Source of the DNA: Octopus sinensis
Taxonomy: Eukaryota
NCBI RefSeq assembly: GCF_006345805.1
Contig: NW_021832996.1
Span: forward strand, 1-57,809
Length of the DNA stretch: 57,809 nt
Direction of reading: 5' to 3'
Below, piece after piece: positions 54,848-57,809 of the stretch (its first letter is position 1; the number at the start of each line of letters is the position of its first letter). The notes under the pieces are model-generated. The model did no database searches. It was given only the letters and a program-made list of their open reading frames with translations, and was not told where the DNA came from. Both the position numbers and the translations under genes were made by a program.

Positions 54848-55014
54848 GGCGTAGGAGTGGCTTTTTGGTAAGAAGCTTCCTTCCCAACCACATGGTTCTG
54901 GGTTCAGTCTCACTGCATGGCACCTTGGGCAAGTGTCTTCAGCTATTGGGCCGACCAAATCCTTGGAGTGATTGATTGATAGAAGGAAACTGAAAAGAAG
55001 AAGCCCCCCGTCGT

Positions 55015-55052
<38 letters not shown>

Positions 55053-55275
55053 GTGCGTGTGTTTGTGTGTCTGTGTTTGTCTCCCCAACATCGCTTGACA
55101 ACCGATGCTGGTGTGGTTACGTCCCCGTAACTTAGCGGTTCGGCAAAATATACCGATAGAATTAGTACTAGGCTTCTAAAGAATAAGACCTTGGGTCGAT
55201 TTCCTCGACTAGAGGCGGTGCTCCAGCATGGCCGCAGTCAAATGACTGAAGCAAATAAAAGAGTAAAGAGTAAAG
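54848..55275 (+). mobile_element. Full-length family A SINE
   Basis: ggcgtaggagtggc...gggttcagtctc...ggcggtgctccagcatggccgcagtcaaatgactgaa...(gagtaaa) tail. Confidence 0.88.
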
Positions 55276-55286
55276 AGTATACACAT

Positions 55287-55327
<41 letters not shown>

Positions 55328-55410
55328 CATATACATACATACATTATATATATATATATATATTCGTAATGTTTTAATGCTTCAATATCTATGTTGACAA
55401 TTATGTTCAG

Positions 55411-55507
55411 CATTGAATGTCTGCCTGTGAGCCGGGAACAAAATGGCCGAATGTTTACGAAGGTTTCCGAACCATTTATCAGATCGTCGTTACAACAGAG
55501 ACAAAAG
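55411..55507 (+). CDS. Candidate exon IECLPVSREQNGRMFTKVSEPFIRSSLQQRQK, product unknown
   Basis: Acceptor ttatgttcag and donor AG|gtcagc; only one frame is open from the acceptor. Confidence 0.2.
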
Positions 55508-55903
55508 GTCAGCATTTACTGTTGGAATTTCTGCTGTGACACTCTTAGACTCTGTTGCCAGACAATTTCGAAAGCACATAATCATCTAACCTTATTTCTT
55601 CCTGTGTATTTATTTATTTTTACATTTTTTCGAGATTTTTTTTTTCCTGTTGGTAAATGCAATAATTATTTATGCTCCAAACTAATTCTCTAATCTGCTT
55701 TCAGTTGCTTTCCATTGTGGTTCTATTGTTACTGTTATTGTTGTTGTTGCTCTTGTGGTGTGTGTGTGTTGGGGATGGGAGGGTTGTACTTGATGTTGAT
55801 ATTGTTGTTGTAGATAATTCTTTGTCCGTCTATTGCCCTCCTTTGCTTTACTGCTTGCTCTAACAGCTGTTCCCGTTGCCATTTATTACCGCTAATGTTC
55901 GTA

Positions 55904-55962
<59 letters not shown>

Positions 55963-56123
55963 CATTATTATTATTATTATTATTATTATTAAATGAATCT
56001 CAGTCAAGTAGATTTAATCGTCTTCTACCCACCACACACCGAAACGTGGAGCCTTGTGCCTGTGTAACAAATCGTCACAATAATCACCATCCCCCCATCA
56101 TCATCATCATCATCATCATCATT

Positions 56124-56167
<44 letters not shown>

Positions 56168-57160
56168 TATCATCATCATTATCATCATCATTATCATCAT
56201 CATAATCGTTGTTGTCGTTACTGTTGTTTGTGTCAATGAAAGTACGACTTATGATTATTACGCCGGCACACTTACAACAGAAAATTATTTTACCAAAAGC
56301 TATTTAACACCACACCCACACTCACACACACACACGCACACACATACACACGCACACACACACATAATACGCAATCACACACACGACACCCCCGTCCAAA
56401 AGGAATTACCATTTTCAGGACAATCTCTTGTAGTTATTTGTAATCGGTTCTTCTAATAGCATAATAGTCGATTGGGCATGCGTGTGGACGTGTGTATGTG
56501 TGTGCATATGCCTGTGTGTATGTGTGTGTGAGTGTGCATAAGTGTATAAGCATTTTAGCTCCTCTGAGTGTGCGCGTGAGTGTATGTGTGTCTGTGTGTT
56601 TGCGCGCGCGTTAGGTGTGTGTGTATGTGTGTGTGTGTGTGTGTGAATATTTCTACATATACACCCGTGTAACTAGATATGGCTATATGCCTGCCGTACA
56701 AGCTCCATCCGGGGACGAAGGTATTATCAATGGTAATATTGATGGGGGTGATGATGATGATGATGATGATGACGACAATGATGAAGGTGGTGGTGATGGT
56801 GAGGGCGATGATGGTGACGATTGTTGTGATGGTGGTGGTGATAATGATGCTGGAGATGATGATTTTGGTGGCAGTGGTGGTGGCGGTGGTGGCGGTGATG
56901 ATGATGATGATGATGATAATAATGATGATTAGTTGGAGGACGGTAGTGGTGGTGAGGATGATGTTGGGGAAGCTGGTGGTGGTGAGGTGATGATGATGAT
57001 GATGATGATGATAACCGTGATGTTGATAATGATGAAATGACGACGACGATGATGACGACTATGAAGATGACCATGATAATGATGATGATGGTAATAGTGA
57101 TTACGCTACCGTTGAGAGTCTTGTGTGTGCGTGCGTGTGTTTGTGTGCGTGCGCGCGCGC

Positions 57161-57210
<50 letters not shown>

Positions 57211-57534
57211 TTCTCTCCTAAATGTGTGTCTTTGCATTTGTATGTCTCTCTGCTTTTGCAGTGGTAAGTTTGCTGAGCTCACACTCATAAGGTCCTTGCT
57301 TCGATTCCTGGAGTATGAAGCGCGTTCTTTCTCTTGAGCAAGTCCTTTCTTTCCATGTGCTTCCACTCCACTCAACTGAAACATGGGAATCGGATTTGTG
57401 CCGGTGCTGCCCTCTCTGTCTGGCACATTCTCACATGATGAATATTCAGGAAGGACCGAGGTTGGGCATGTATCTGCTCTCGTTGTACTTTTGATAATTA
57501 TTTCAATTTTTTGCCACAAGGGCAGCTTAGTGGG

Positions 57535-57708
57535 GGGGGAGTGGGGATGAGTCATTACATCGATCCAGTGTTCAACTGGTACTTATTTCATCGATCGCGA
57601 AAGGATGACAGGCTAAGTTGACGTCGGCGGATTTGAACTCAGAACATAGCGACGGGGAAATATCGCTAATCACATCGTCCAGCACGCTAACGATTCTGCC
57701 AGCTTCCG
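57535..57708 (-). mobile_element. Family B SINE
   Basis: cattacatcgatccagtgttcaactggtactt...gaactcagaac...gctaacgattctgccagc. Confidence 0.75.
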
Positions 57709-57809
57709 TCTTCTTCTTTTTCTTCTTCTTCTTCTTCTTTTCTTTCTTCTTCTTCTTCTTCTTCTTTTCTTTCTTCTTCTTCTTCTTCTTCTTCTTCTTC
57801 TTTTCTTCT

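Overview
AT-rich, microsatellite-dense eukaryotic DNA. The SINE families and repeat style look like an octopod cephalopod genome; this is inferred from recalled repeat sequences, not from a search. No host gene can be named. Most long ORFs in the track are translations of simple repeats. The real content is mobile DNA: (1) three head-to-tail L1/Tx1-clade LINE copies, each embedded in (ATCT)n (6167-10724); (2) three R4/Dong-type LINEs with a restriction-like endonuclease, each with its 3' end in (TAA)n (41242-45545, 53004-53672); (3) a 5'-truncated CR1-like LINE carrying an internal inverted duplication (3548-4994); (4) a full-length but disrupted DD34D mariner (14549-15824) plus several MITEs; (5) many tRNA-derived SINEs, one amplified into a 15-unit, 183-bp tandem array (11290-14268); (6) unclassified ~599-bp and ~482-bp units present as partial tandem multimers next to (TA)n; (7) Penelope-type terminal fragments with hammerhead-like motifs; (8) two long fold-back palindromes at 49.6-50.8 kb. 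A few unique islands have exon-like splice borders; the best is 17066-16928 on the minus strand. The most interesting leads are an apparently (ATCT)n-specific Tx1-like retrotransposon, the SINE-derived satellite, and the permuted multimeric ~599-bp element.
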